DNA of 64,000 bases from NCBI RefSeq assembly GCF_006345805.1, contig NC_043014.1, positions 45,632,001 through 45,696,000 of the forward strand. The letters are read 5' to 3'. Origin of the DNA: Octopus sinensis. Its lineage: Eukaryota. Of the stretch, positions 13,813-25,072 are shown piece after piece (the first letter of the stretch is position 1; every line of letters begins with the position of its first letter). The translations under genes were made by a program, and so were the position numbers. The notes below the pieces were generated by a model. It did not search any database. It had not been told where the DNA came from and worked only from the letters and a program-made list of their open reading frames with translations.

Positions 13813-13925
13813 GGAGATATATATATATAGAAAGAGGGAGAGATAGATAGATAGATAGATAGATATATAGAGAGAGAGAAGGGGAGAGATAGATAGAGAG
13901 AGAGAGAGAGAAGAGAGAAGTGAAG
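13260..13925. repeat. Compound (GA)n/(GATA)n/(TA)n/(GT)n microsatellites
   Basis: Direct inspection. Confidence 0.95.
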
Positions 13926-14544
13926 ATTAGGGTCGAGACGAGGGGGAAGCAAGAAAGATAGAAGGGGAAAGACACTAAGATCAGTGTTGACACTACACAG
14001 TTGCACGTATAGAGACCTATATACATACATATATATATATTATATATATATATATACGCAGGCTTATGAGAGTGTGTATAAATAGGGGGACTGTGCGTAC
14101 ACGTCTGGGCGCGTGCGTTGACACCGATTATTTCATAGGTACATTGTACTGTAGATGTATATATAAGTTTACGGGTTTATTATGTCTATACGCCGCGCGT
14201 GTATAATATGTATAATATGTTGTGTGTGTAGCAGGATGACAGGATGAATAGGAATATATATTAACGCTGTTGTGTGTGTGTGTGTGTTGGGGGGGGGGAG
14301 TATATAAATGGATAACTGTGGGGGAGGGACTCTATGTGGTTGTTAGATCTACTAGAAATAGCAGTCAAATCTCGAAAAATCACACCCTGAAGTGTTAAAA
14401 AAAAAAAGAAGACACATTAGATGATGTGATTCCGTGGATGAATTAAGAAAAGCACGAGATGGGATAGTCACGGCTGGAATGCTTAAGCAGGGCAGACTTT
14501 AGCCTGTACAGCAATAACTACCATAAACAAGAAATAATACGTAT

Positions 14545-14905
14545 TGACGGCGTATGTTGCTTAAGCTATAGGTCGACATAGGATCCAAACTTTGATACCT
14601 CTCTAACTTTCTAGAAAAGACAGGTGTGTTTCGTGAAATTTCGCGGAGATACATTTTCGAAGGTCTAGATCACGATTATATTGATACAATTCGGATCTTT
14701 TCCTTTTTGATAGACAGAATTCAACCCAATTTCTAGTTAACTAAACACTTTGAAACTTCGTATACTGGTAGAATGTGTCAAAAGAAAACATTATTTTCAC
14801 TTGGGTTTTTTGATAAATTTGTAATTTGTAAGTTTAACGTAGTTTAATTCTTCGAATTTTAACCAATGAATCGCCAGTATTTGAGCTCAAATCATTTGCT
14901 GCGTC
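14545..14905. mobile_element. Unclassified DNA-transposon-like relic
   Basis: gatccaaactttgatacctctctaactttc recurs in diverged form at about 21468-21500. Confidence 0.35.
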
Positions 14906-16063
14906 AAATCATTTGCTAGAATTCAATAATAAAATAAAATTTGGGGAGGGGTGAAGTTTCATATTATTTCCCATTTTGCGCGAAAAACTACACAGATGTG
15001 TAGAATGATCCGGTGTTGATGCTGGGCTTTGTATTTTTTCATAGCTCCCATGGTTACCGAGATAATCTACTATAATAATACTCTTGTGTTTATGAATGAG
15101 AAAGGAAGGGGCCATAGATGAATAAGGAAGGAAGGAGTGATGTCATACTTGGTAGTGGGCTGATGAAAATTGTACGCTGGAAAAAATAAATCAAACAGCA
15201 TTTCAACTCTGTGTGAATATGTGTGTGTATGTAAAAAAAAAAAAGGGGGGGTATATGAATGTATGTGCGTGTGTGTGCGCGCACACAATGGAAGTGGGGT
15301 GGTTCATCTTTATCGCTTAATGTTTGGGTTTATTTTTTTGATTTGGTTGAATCTTAGTTGGTTTTTTTTGTTGTTGTTGTTATTTTTAGCGTTTTGACAG
15401 AAAAAAGTTATTCTAAAATTGTTTTTTTTAACGTGCCCAAACAAGTCAAATGCTTACACAGAGCAGGTTTTACAGCCGCATCATCCAAACCGATCAGGTG
15501 AAACCGGGCTTAGCTGCTCGCATATCTATACATATATATATATATATATAATGGTAGTCCTTTGTAGGTTCTGCAATTTCTTGCTAAACAACTTGCATTG
15601 ATGATTTGTTTCTAGTGTTGCACATTAGCTCACGCCCACCATCAAATTGACATTACCTGTACAGGTGCACAGTGTACCCACATGTCAGCAGGTGCCGAAG
15701 TGATCACAAGAGCAATGTGAACTGAAGCGTTTCATTCAAGGACTTGCTCATCACCTGCTCCAGGAATTGAAACCGCAATCATACAATGAATACAATGCCC
15801 CCAACCACTATGCCATGCACCCTCTTTTCAGATATAAATCTATCTAGGAATACATTATCCGCTGTGTCTTTCCTCGTAGTTCATGAAGTGTGTGTACGAG
15901 GTGGTATCAAAAAGATCCTGGACATGTTATGCAAAGAATAAGCTCTGGGGTCAATTTGCTTGACTAAAGGTGGTGCTCCAGCATGGCTGCAGTCAAATGA
16001 CTGAAACAAGTAAAAGAGTAAATAAAGAGAAAATGAGGGGTTGTTGTTGGTATTATTATTCTC

Positions 16064-16428
16064 TTACTTGTTTCAGTCATTTGACTGCAGCCATGCTGGA
16101 GCACAGCCTTTAGTCAAGCAAATCGACTCCAGAGCTTATTCTTTGCAAGCCTAGTACTTTTTCTATTGGTATCATTTGCTTAACTGCTAAATTACGGGGA
16201 CGTAAACACACCAGCATCGGTTGTCAAGCAATGTTGTGGGGACACACAAACATATACATACATATACGATGGGCTTCTTCCAGTTTCCGTCTACCAAATC
16301 CACTCACAAGGCTTTGGTCGGCCAGAGGTTATAGTAGAAGACACTTGACCAAGGTGTCACGCAGTGGGACTGAACCCTGGACCATGTAGTTGGCAAGCAA
16401 GCTACTTACCACACAGCTCTCCTGTGCC
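16064..16428 (-). mobile_element. SINE family A, full length
   Basis: Reverse complement of the 648-1058 family from tail to head. Confidence 0.88.
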
Positions 16429-16479
16429 TATTTATCTAAGTTTTAACACTCTCCTGGGAAACAACCACCTTGCACACAA

Positions 16480-16856
16480 CCCGAGATTGCCGGAGCTCAC
16501 CGGAAGTTGCCGAAATCGCCGGAAATAGCCCGAGATCGCCGAAAATTGTCAAAATTGCCGGAGCTCACAGGAGATTGCCGAAATCGCTGGAAGTTGTCGA
16601 AATTGCCGAAATCGCTGGAAATAGCCCGAGATTGCCGGAGACAGCCCGAGATTGCCGGAGACAGCCCGAGAAGGCCCGAGAAGGCCCGAGAAGCCCGAGA
16701 AGGCCCGAGAAGGCCCGAGAAGGCCCGAGAAGGCCCGAGAAGGCCCGAGAAGGCCCGAGACAGCCGAGAAGGCCCGAGACAGCCCGAGATAGCCCGAGAC
16801 AGCCGGAGACAGCCCGAGATTGCCGGAGACAGCTCAAGATTACCGGAAGTTGCCTA
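16480..16856. repeat. GC/CpG-rich array of about 10 bp period (gcccgagaag / gcccgagatt / gccggagaca)
   Basis: Homogeneous decamers in the centre (16660-16760), degenerate toward both ends. Confidence 0.92.
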
Positions 16857-17477
16857 GCATTCCAATCATTTTTGGAATTTGGCCTGGAAGTCGTTTTTCC
16901 GCAAGCAAATTAAGGACCTTCATATATATATATGATGCACATTAATTAACATGCTGAAGCATCCAACATCACATGCACAGTTAAGTTTGGCTAGCACTAA
17001 ATAGTTTCTCATGACTAGACAGAGTTGCTTTAAATACGTTTAATCACGTTCTCCATTTCTCAGCTGTTATATTGCTTATATTTATTTTAATTGCCACCTC
17101 TGTAGCGACACAGCAAACTGACAAAATCATGAGCACATCAGATAGAATATCTTGTGTGACATGTCACAGCTTTCTCTCTTCACACTTTTGCTTTCAAACT
17201 TTTACTAATGTCAACTTTGCCTTTTGTTCTTCTGTGAGTGACAAACACCAGTCAAGTAGTGGAAACGATTCTCCTTTTCACACCCTCCCTATCTCTCATT
17301 CTCTCTTTCATATGAGGCTAATTTGCACTGTGGGAAGGGCCACTGGGGCCACTCAAAGCATCGGTTTTTTGCTAGAAATGAAAGAGGGTTGTCATTGGCT
17401 GAAGTGCCTTTTTATCTTAAATCTACTTGGTCAGGATCAATTATACAAAATCAACTTTTATTTAGCTAATAGTCATA

Positions 17478-18220
17478 GTGAAAGCTCGTGGCTTAGTGGT
17501 TAGAAGATTTGGCTTATGATCACAAGGTCGTGTGTTCAATTTCTGGTGGCACCTTGTGTCATTGAAGACACTATTTTCTATTCCTTCAGTCCATTCAGCT
17601 GGCAAAAATGAGTAGCACCTGTATTTCAAAGGGCCAATCCTTGTCACATTCTGGGTCATGCTGAAGGTGCACAAAAATAAGTAGTACTTGTATTTCAAAG
17701 GGCCAATCTTTGTCACATTCTGGGTCATGCTAAAGGTGCACAAAATGAGTAGCACCTGTATTTCAAAGGGCCAATTTTTGTCACCTTCTGGGTCATGCTA
17801 AAGGTGCACAAAAATGAGTAGCACCTGTATTTCAAAGGGCCAACCCTTGTCATATTCTGAGTCATGCTAAAGGTGCACAGAAATGAGTAGCACCTGTATT
17901 TCAAAGGGCCAATCTTTGTCACATTTTGGGTCATGCTGAAGGTGCGTGGCTAGGGTGGCTGGATCATGACTGTAAGGTTGTGAGTTTGATACCTGATGGT
18001 GTGTTTGTCCTTGAGCAAGACACTTCATTCTACATTGCTCCAGTCCACACAGCTGGCAAAAATGAATAAGCACCTGGAGTTCAAAAGGGCCAACCTCGTC
18101 ACATTCTGTGTCACACTGAATCTCCCTCAGAACTATGTCAAGGGTATGCATGTCTGTGGAGTACTCAACCACTAGTACGTTAATTTCATGAGCAGACTGT
18201 TCTATTGATCAGATCAACTA
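17478..18220 (+). mobile_element. SINE family D with a 5 x 69 bp expansion (17478-17945), followed by an older family D copy (17946-18220)
   Basis: Head near-identical to the 9754 copy; units start at about 17604, 17673, 17742, 17810 and 17879. Confidence 0.88.
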
Positions 18221-18594
18221 GAGAAACGACGACGCCGTGGTGATCTCATTCTTGCTCACAACATCATAAGCGGAAAGTGTAACCTCTTGAAAGAGCTGTT
18301 CTTCACTCCTGCTCCAGAGCGTCGGCTGCGGGGTCACTCCGAAATGCTCTATCTGCAACGATTTCATCTAAATCGAAGGAGAGGGGCTTTCTCCATCCGG
18401 GTTGCGGATCCGTGGAATAAACTGCCGGACGAGATAGTGAAGATGCCGACGACCGCTCGGTTCAAAGTCTCTCTTGACCACAAGTGGCCTGAACTCTTTA
18501 CATGAATACCACCCTGTACATAACTCCATGTCCCCCTACATGGCCTTGCTTTTTGCTCTTTGAGCCAAAAAATTAACAAACTAACTAACCAACT
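18221..18594 (+). mobile_element. CR1-type LINE 3' fragment
   Basis: Encodes EKRRRRGDLILAHNII...ELFF...RGH...FSIRVADPWNKLPDEIV...FKVSLD-stop, the conserved CR1 ORF2 C-terminus. Short 3' UTR with a stem-loop and (taac)n tail. Confidence 0.92.
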
Positions 18595-19389
18595 GGGAAA
18601 CTCATCATTGCAAACCAATGGAATGCCAGTAATAGTCATAGTCTAGTTTTGCTTTTAACTTCTCCACCAGGGATAAAAGGGGACAGGGCAGTGAGGAGAA
18701 GCAGTGGGACAAATATGAGTGGGATTTGTCATTTTATATGATGAAGAATCAAAATAAGGGACAGGGTAAGCGTAACACCTGATACTTTAAATAGTATAAA
18801 ACAGGAATAAATAAATATAAAAAAAGGAAAAATAATAACAAGGAAGAAGTGTAAGATTGGAATTAGTAATTAAAAACTGGGGAAGATATTGAGAGGAGGA
18901 AGAGGAAGGAGAGGAGGAAGAGGAAGGAGAGGAGGGGGTCATGTGATTAAGAAAATGATAATAGAAAACTTGAGGCGGAGATGGAGGGGCAGGACTAGGG
19001 TAAAGTTTCAAGAAAGTTAGTGTAATTAATTTTGGATTTGCATGGAATAAGGGAGTGGGTTGGGAGTAATGACATGGGGAGAGAGAGAAAGAAAGAGAGA
19101 AATTGAAATGATTAGAAGGGGACATGGAGAGACAGGAAGACGGAAAGATGATGGTGAGAGATCAGAATTAAAAAGAAACATAGTGAATATGATGGATCAA
19201 GAGAGAAAAGGAAGGGGGGGGAGAGAAAGAAGAAGGGAGAGATAGATAAACAGAGACAGAGAGACAAGAGAGAAGAGTACCAGAAAGGAGAGATGGGAAG
19301 GGTGCAGGAAAAAAGCTTGAAGAAAATGGGGTAGAAACACACACATTATATAAACATACATATACACACACACACAATTATGTGTGTAT

Positions 19390-19477
19390 ATATATGCATG
19401 TATATACATATATATATATATATACCTACACAATTTTCACTCTTTCTCTCATTATATATATGTGTATGTATATATAC

Positions 19478-19524
<47 letters not shown>

Positions 19525-19583
19525 GTATATATATATATATGTGTGTGTGTATGAGTATATATATATATATGTGTGTGTGTGAG

Positions 19584-19631
<48 letters not shown>

Positions 19632-19756
19632 CATACATATGTATACATACATATACATACATACATATGTATACATACATATACATACATACATATACAT
19701 ACACACACACATACATACATACACACACATACATATACATACACATACATACATAC

Positions 19757-19794
<38 letters not shown>

Positions 19795-19795
19795 G
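19390..19795. repeat. Compound (TA)n/(GT)n/(TACA)n microsatellite
   Basis: Direct inspection. Confidence 0.95.
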
Positions 19796-19912
19796 GAATG
19801 GGGGGGAGGCAAGAAGGTTGAAGAGGAAGTGTGGTAGCTAATGAACGTTTAGTGAGTTTGATGAGTAATAAAGTAAAAAGCCAGGTGTGTTAGTGAAGAC
19901 CATGTATCCCCC

Positions 19913-19944
<32 letters not shown>

Positions 19945-20240
19945 CACCTCTGTAGTTAAACACTTCCACATGTTGAATATTTAAGGGCCTAGCTAGATGG
20001 GGGCCTTCCATGCAGCAGGAGGGATACACAGACATGGCAACAGTGAGGGAAACAGGTCAGTTATCAGCATGGCTGTATGGGCATTCCTTCGTTGCAAAAC
20101 ACTATACTGAGACAAACAGATAGGTCGCCTAACATGCCAGAAATAGCAGCCAAATCTTGCTTATGAGATTTCGATGATGTGGTCGTTAATTCTAGGAATC
20201 ATGCCAGTTCTGGCCAGTTTGCACAATGGAATAATTTATA

Positions 20241-20395
20241 TTGGGTTGTCCAGAAAGTTTGTGCCGATTTATAGTAGCTTACCTTTCAACTTATTTTAGA
20301 ATATGGTTGAATCCATGAAATAGGATTTGACTACACCTCCATTTAGAGCACAGTTTAAGCTATCTTTTAGTGGAAGAAGGTTTATGTTCCTACAA
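20241..20395. mobile_element. mariner-like end fragment
   Basis: ta|ttgggttgtccagaaagtttgtgccgattt resembles mariner TIRs; no partner TIR seen. Confidence 0.45.
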
Positions 20396-20690
20396 CCTGT
20401 GTTAATTCTGTAACCCTAGCAGGTGCAGAGCTATTATAGAAGGCACTTGCCAGAAGAGCCATGCCCTGGGACTGAGCCCAAAATCACATGGTTGGTAAAC
20501 AAACTTCCACAGCCTATTATCCTTTGAGGCTGGAATGCTTTTGATTACAACTCTGCTTAATTATACTTGGCCTAGGGCTAAATTGTATCAAAATATGGTT
20601 ACGTGATCCGCTAGAAATAGCAACCATATATCTCACAAATCACACCTTAGTTTCTTAAAGGAAAGATTGATTGAATGAGAAGGGAGTGAA

Positions 20691-21378
20691 AGAGCAGTGT
20701 AAAGTGAACAAGTGTGAATGAGTTGGCAGTGTAAAGTGAACAAGTATGAATGAGTTGGCATTGTAAAGTGAACAAGTGTGAATGAGTTGGCAGTGTAAAG
20801 TGAACAAGTGTGAATGAGTTGGCAGTGTAAAGTGAACAAGTGTGAATGAGTTGGCAGTGTAAAGTGAACAAGTGTGAATGAGTTGGCAGTGTAAAGTGAA
20901 CAAGTGTGAATGAGTTGGCAGTGTAAAGTGAACAAGTGTGAATGAGTTGGCAGTGTAAAGTGAACAAGTGTGAATGAGTTGGCAGTGTAAAGTGAACAAG
21001 TGTGAATTGAGTTGGCAGTGTAAAGTGAACAAGTGTGAATTGAGTTGGCAGTGTAAAGTGAACAAGTGTGAATGAGTTGGCAGTGTAAAGTGAACAAGTG
21101 TGAATGAGTTGGCAGTGTAAAGTGAACAAGTGTGAATTGAGTTGGCAGTGTAAAGTGAACAAGTGTGAATTGAGTTGACAGTGTAAAGTGAACCAGTGTG
21201 AATGAGTTGGCAGTGTAAAGTGAACAAGTGTGAATGAGTTGGCATTGTAAAGTGAACAAGTGTGAATGAGTTGGCAGTGTAAAGTGAACAAGTGTGAATT
21301 GAGTTGGCAGTGTAAAGTGAACAAGTGTGAATGAGTTGGCAGTGTAAAGTGAACAAGTGTGAATTGAGTTGGCAGTGC
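20691..21378. repeat. Minisatellite, 32-33 bp unit, about 21 copies
   Basis: Unit ggcagtgtaaagtgaacaagtgtgaa(t)tgagtt. Confidence 0.97.
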
Positions 21379-21827
21379 AGTTAGAGAAAGAAAGCAGTGC
21401 TGAGTAAACAAGAAGACAGTGTAGAGTGAATGTGTAAATTATGTAGTTTAAGCTCTGGGTCAACCCAGATCCAAACTTTGATATCCCTCTCATAACTTTC
21501 TGGGAAAATAGATTTTGATTTAATGAAATTTTTCAGAGATATATTTTCGAAATAGAAGAGGATAGGGTGATGAGGAATGAAAGGGCATTGAAGAGTGGAC
21601 AAAAGAGCAGTGGGATAAGGAATGAGAGGGTAATGAGATGAGGAAGAAGAGGTCAGAGTAGAACGAACAAGAGGATACTGAGATGAGGTATGATGGGTAG
21701 TGTAGAAGAAAACAAGAGAGCAGTGCAGAGTGAATGAGGAGGTTGTGGGGAGTGAATGAAAGGACAGAGTAAGGAAGAACAAAACAGTGTAGTGAAAAAT
21801 GAGAGGGAAGTGTACTGAGAATGAGAG

Positions 21828-22230
21828 GCCAGTGTAATGAGGAACGGGATGGCAGTGTAGTAAGGAACGGGATGGCAGTGTAGTAAGGAACGGGATGGCA
21901 GTGTAGCAAGGAACGGGATGGCAGTGTAGCAAGGAACGGGATGGCAGTGTAGTAAGGAACGGGATGGCAGTGTAGTAAGGAATGGGATGGCAGTGTAGTA
22001 AGGAATGGGATGGCAGTGTAGTAAGGAATGGGCCGGCAGTGTAGTAAGGAACGGGATGGCAGTGTAGCAAGGAACGGGATGGCAGTGTAGCAAGGAACGG
22101 GATGGCAGTGTAGTAAGGAATGAGATGGCAGTGTAGTGAGGAATGGGATGGCAGTGTAGTAAGGAATGGGATGGCAGTGTAGCAAGGAATGGGACGGCAG
22201 TGTAGTAAGGAATGAGATGGCAGTGTAGTA
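21828..22230. repeat. Minisatellite, 23 bp unit, about 17 copies
   Basis: Unit ggcagtgtagtaaggaa(c/t)gggat. Confidence 0.97.
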
Positions 22231-22699
22231 CAAAAAAAGAGGATGGCGTAGAGAGAACAAGAGAGCAGGGTAGTGAGAGTGTGGTGTAAGAACTCATGAA
22301 GTCAGTGTAGAGAAAATGAAAAGACTGTAAAATTAACGACAGGCTGCTATAGAATTAACAAGAGAAGCACAGATTGACAAGAAACCAGTGTGGAATTAAT
22401 GAGAAGGCAGTGTAGTGAGCCATATGTATCACTGAGTTCATTTCAGTTCAGAATTGTTGTTGTTTATAAGTGGATTTTATTACTGAGAGCTGATTAGTTG
22501 GTTCCACTAGCACAGGGCTAAACACTTCATCCCTCTTTAAACTGCTCTTAGCTGTCCAGACATGAGAGCCGATGGTATCAGTTTACAGAGAAATTAATTA
22601 TACCGAAAACTAAATTCTTGAGTTAGGCATGGATTTAGTTTTGTGTGTGTGTGTGTGTGTTTAGATGCTAGTGTGCAGTTGATGCTGCTGTGCTATGTG

Positions 22700-22717
22700 T
22701 GTGTGTGCATAATATAG

Positions 22718-22775
<58 letters not shown>

Positions 22776-23025
22776 GCACACCTATATGTACATGTATTTG
22801 GGCGATGGTGTGCTGTAGGTATGTTACTGAGGTTAAATGCATGTGTATGTATGTATGTATGTATGTATGTATGTATGTACGTGTGTATGTACGTATGTTT
22901 GTATGTATGTAAGTACGTATGTTTGTATGTATGTAAGTATGTATGTATGTAAGTATGTAAGTATGTTTGTAAGTATGTTTGTATGTATGTATGTATGTAT
23001 GTATGTATGTATGTATGTACATGTG

Positions 23026-23056
<31 letters not shown>

Positions 23057-23125
23057 TGTATGTATGTGTGTATGTTATGTATGTATGTATGTATGTATGT
23101 ATGTATGTATGTATGTATGTGTGGA
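22700..23125. repeat. (TATG)n microsatellite
   Basis: Direct inspection. Confidence 0.95.
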
Positions 23126-23463
23126 TACAATACACACATACACAAATACATGAATATACTCATGTATGCATACATGTGCACACAAACACCTACATGTGTC
23201 TGTGTTTGTAGTTATGAGATTTCAGAGAAAGCAGTCTAGCTTTTAAAGTCTTTTTTCCATTCCTATTGTGTCTATAATCCACCCTCTTTACTCTGCTTGT
23301 GACCAGTCGTTAAAAACCTCATCTATAACAATGACCAGCTGTCTTCTCTACATAACAGCAGCAAAAATGGCTGAGTGGACAAAACGTAGAGTAGCACCGC
23401 AACTCAAAGCTCTCTGGTTCAAAGTCCATAGCGGCTGCTTCACTATATATTTCACCCATATTC

Positions 23464-23849
23464 TTTACTCTTTTACTTGTTTCAGTCATTGACTGTGGCC
23501 ATGCTGGAGCACTGCCTTTAGTCGAGCAAATCGACCCTGGGACTTATTCTTTGTAAACCTAGTACTTATTCTATCGGTCTCTTTTGCCGAACTGCTAAGT
23601 TATGGAGACGTAAACACACCAGCATCGGTAGTCAAGTGATGTGGGGGGGGCAGACACAGACACACAAACATATATATACATATATACGACAGGCTTCTTT
23701 CAGTTTCCGCCTACCAAATCCACTCACAAGACTTTGGTCGGCCCGAGGCTATAGTAGAAGACACTTGTCCAAGGTGCCACGCAGTGGGACTGAACCTGGA
23801 ACTCTGTGGTTGGCAGGCAAGCAGCTTACCACTCAGCCACTCCTGCGCC
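23464..23849 (-). mobile_element. SINE family A, full length
   Basis: Tail ctttactcttttacttgtttcagtc through head ccactcctgcgcc. Confidence 0.9.
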
Positions 23850-24640
23850 TAGTTCTACATGGCATGGTCTACCTAATTTGTCAGCAACAGGAGCTTGTTG
23901 CCTGTTCATTGAAAACTGTCTGGAAATGACCTATAATAGACCAGCAGCCTATCCAGGGGGAGTTTTATCCGTTTGATGCCAAACAACCAGAGCTAAACAC
24001 CACTTGTGCATCAGTGCATTCGTTTTGCATGTACTGCACATGTCTGAACATGCACCTCATGTACACAGCATATGTCTCTGAGCACATAACTTGTGCACAC
24101 ACACATGCACACTGCACATCTGACAGCATGCATTTTTTATAATTTTTCACCATATGTTGAAGCATGCATCCTGTGCATATGCCACATATCTGGGTATACA
24201 ACTCCTATATATATACTGTGCATATCTCTGAGCATACAACTCATGTATATATATACATACATACACTATAAATACATGTGTCTGGACATGCACGTCAAAT
24301 GCACTCTCTACAAGTCTAATTGTGCAATCCGTACATCACAACATACATGAGCATACATTGCATGTGGCATGCATATATGCATCTGAGAAAACAATTCACA
24401 CAAACTGCATGTGTGTGCAAGCTTGTGCAAAATGCACGTGTCCGTATGAGGGAAGTGACTTGCACACACTGCTGATGCAGTTCTGAGCATTAGTCTTACT
24501 TATACAGACTGCACGTGTTCCGTCACGCATATTAACTGCATAAACTGTTTAACCGTCAGATGTGATATTTCGTATACATAGCTGTATGCACATGCAAGAA
24601 TGCATGTTCAACAGAATCATATACTATAAATATACATATA

Positions 24641-25017
24641 CACTACCGTCAGAAATTAATTAGCACTCTTGATTTGCTCTTCACTCAAGGTATGTGCTGT
24701 CACCTAGTGGCCATATCTTGAACTATTGCTTTGTTGCGAGTTCACTGTTGCGCAGAACGATGACGTAACTTTGTTTGCAGAGCAGTTTGAGAGTCTACAG
24801 CCTTATGATGTTGACATAGCAGTGCAACAAATTGGAGTGCGGATGCAGACAAATCTTCCTTTGTTTAATAGATATAGGTAGCGCCTCGCAAGGACCGAAA
24901 TCACACCATACTAAGTTTTCTCATCGCGTAAGACGTTTTGAATAGCTCATAGGTTAATTGATTTAACCTATTTAATGTAGAAATTTGAGAAGTGCTAATT
25001 AATTTCTGACGCAAGTG
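24641..25017. mobile_element. Tc1/mariner-type MITE
   Basis: 27 bp TIRs cactaccgtcagaaattaattagcact / agtgctaattaatttctgacgcaagtg (2 mismatches), with TA on both sides. Confidence 0.88.
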
Positions 25018-25030
25018 TATATATATATAT

Positions 25031-25072
<42 letters not shown>

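Larger units (their letters stand above)
10900..15500. promoter_or_regulatory. CpG-retaining, promoter-like region
   Basis: By eye CG dinucleotides are much more frequent here (gtgcgcgcgtgcg 11294, tgtgcgcgag 12188, gggcgcgtgcg 14107, cgccgcgcg 14190) than in the flanking unique DNA. Also long (GA)n tracts, ccaatcag near 13419 and tataaata near 14077. Confidence 0.35.

Noticed and set aside
17072-17503. 143 aa plus-strand ORF
   Set aside because: Non-ATG start, no recognisable motif, and it runs into a SINE head.
20633-22297. Long ORFs (214-286 aa) and a CRISPR-like look of the 32 and 23 bp arrays
   Set aside because: These are head-to-tail tandem repeats with no unique spacers, in a eukaryotic context with no cas genes. 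The ORFs exist only because the units lack stops.
24000-24620. Cluster of TGCATG/CATGCA (Rbfox-like) motifs
   Set aside because: Embedded in decayed (CA/TG/CATG) low-complexity DNA common throughout the window, with no nearby verified exon.
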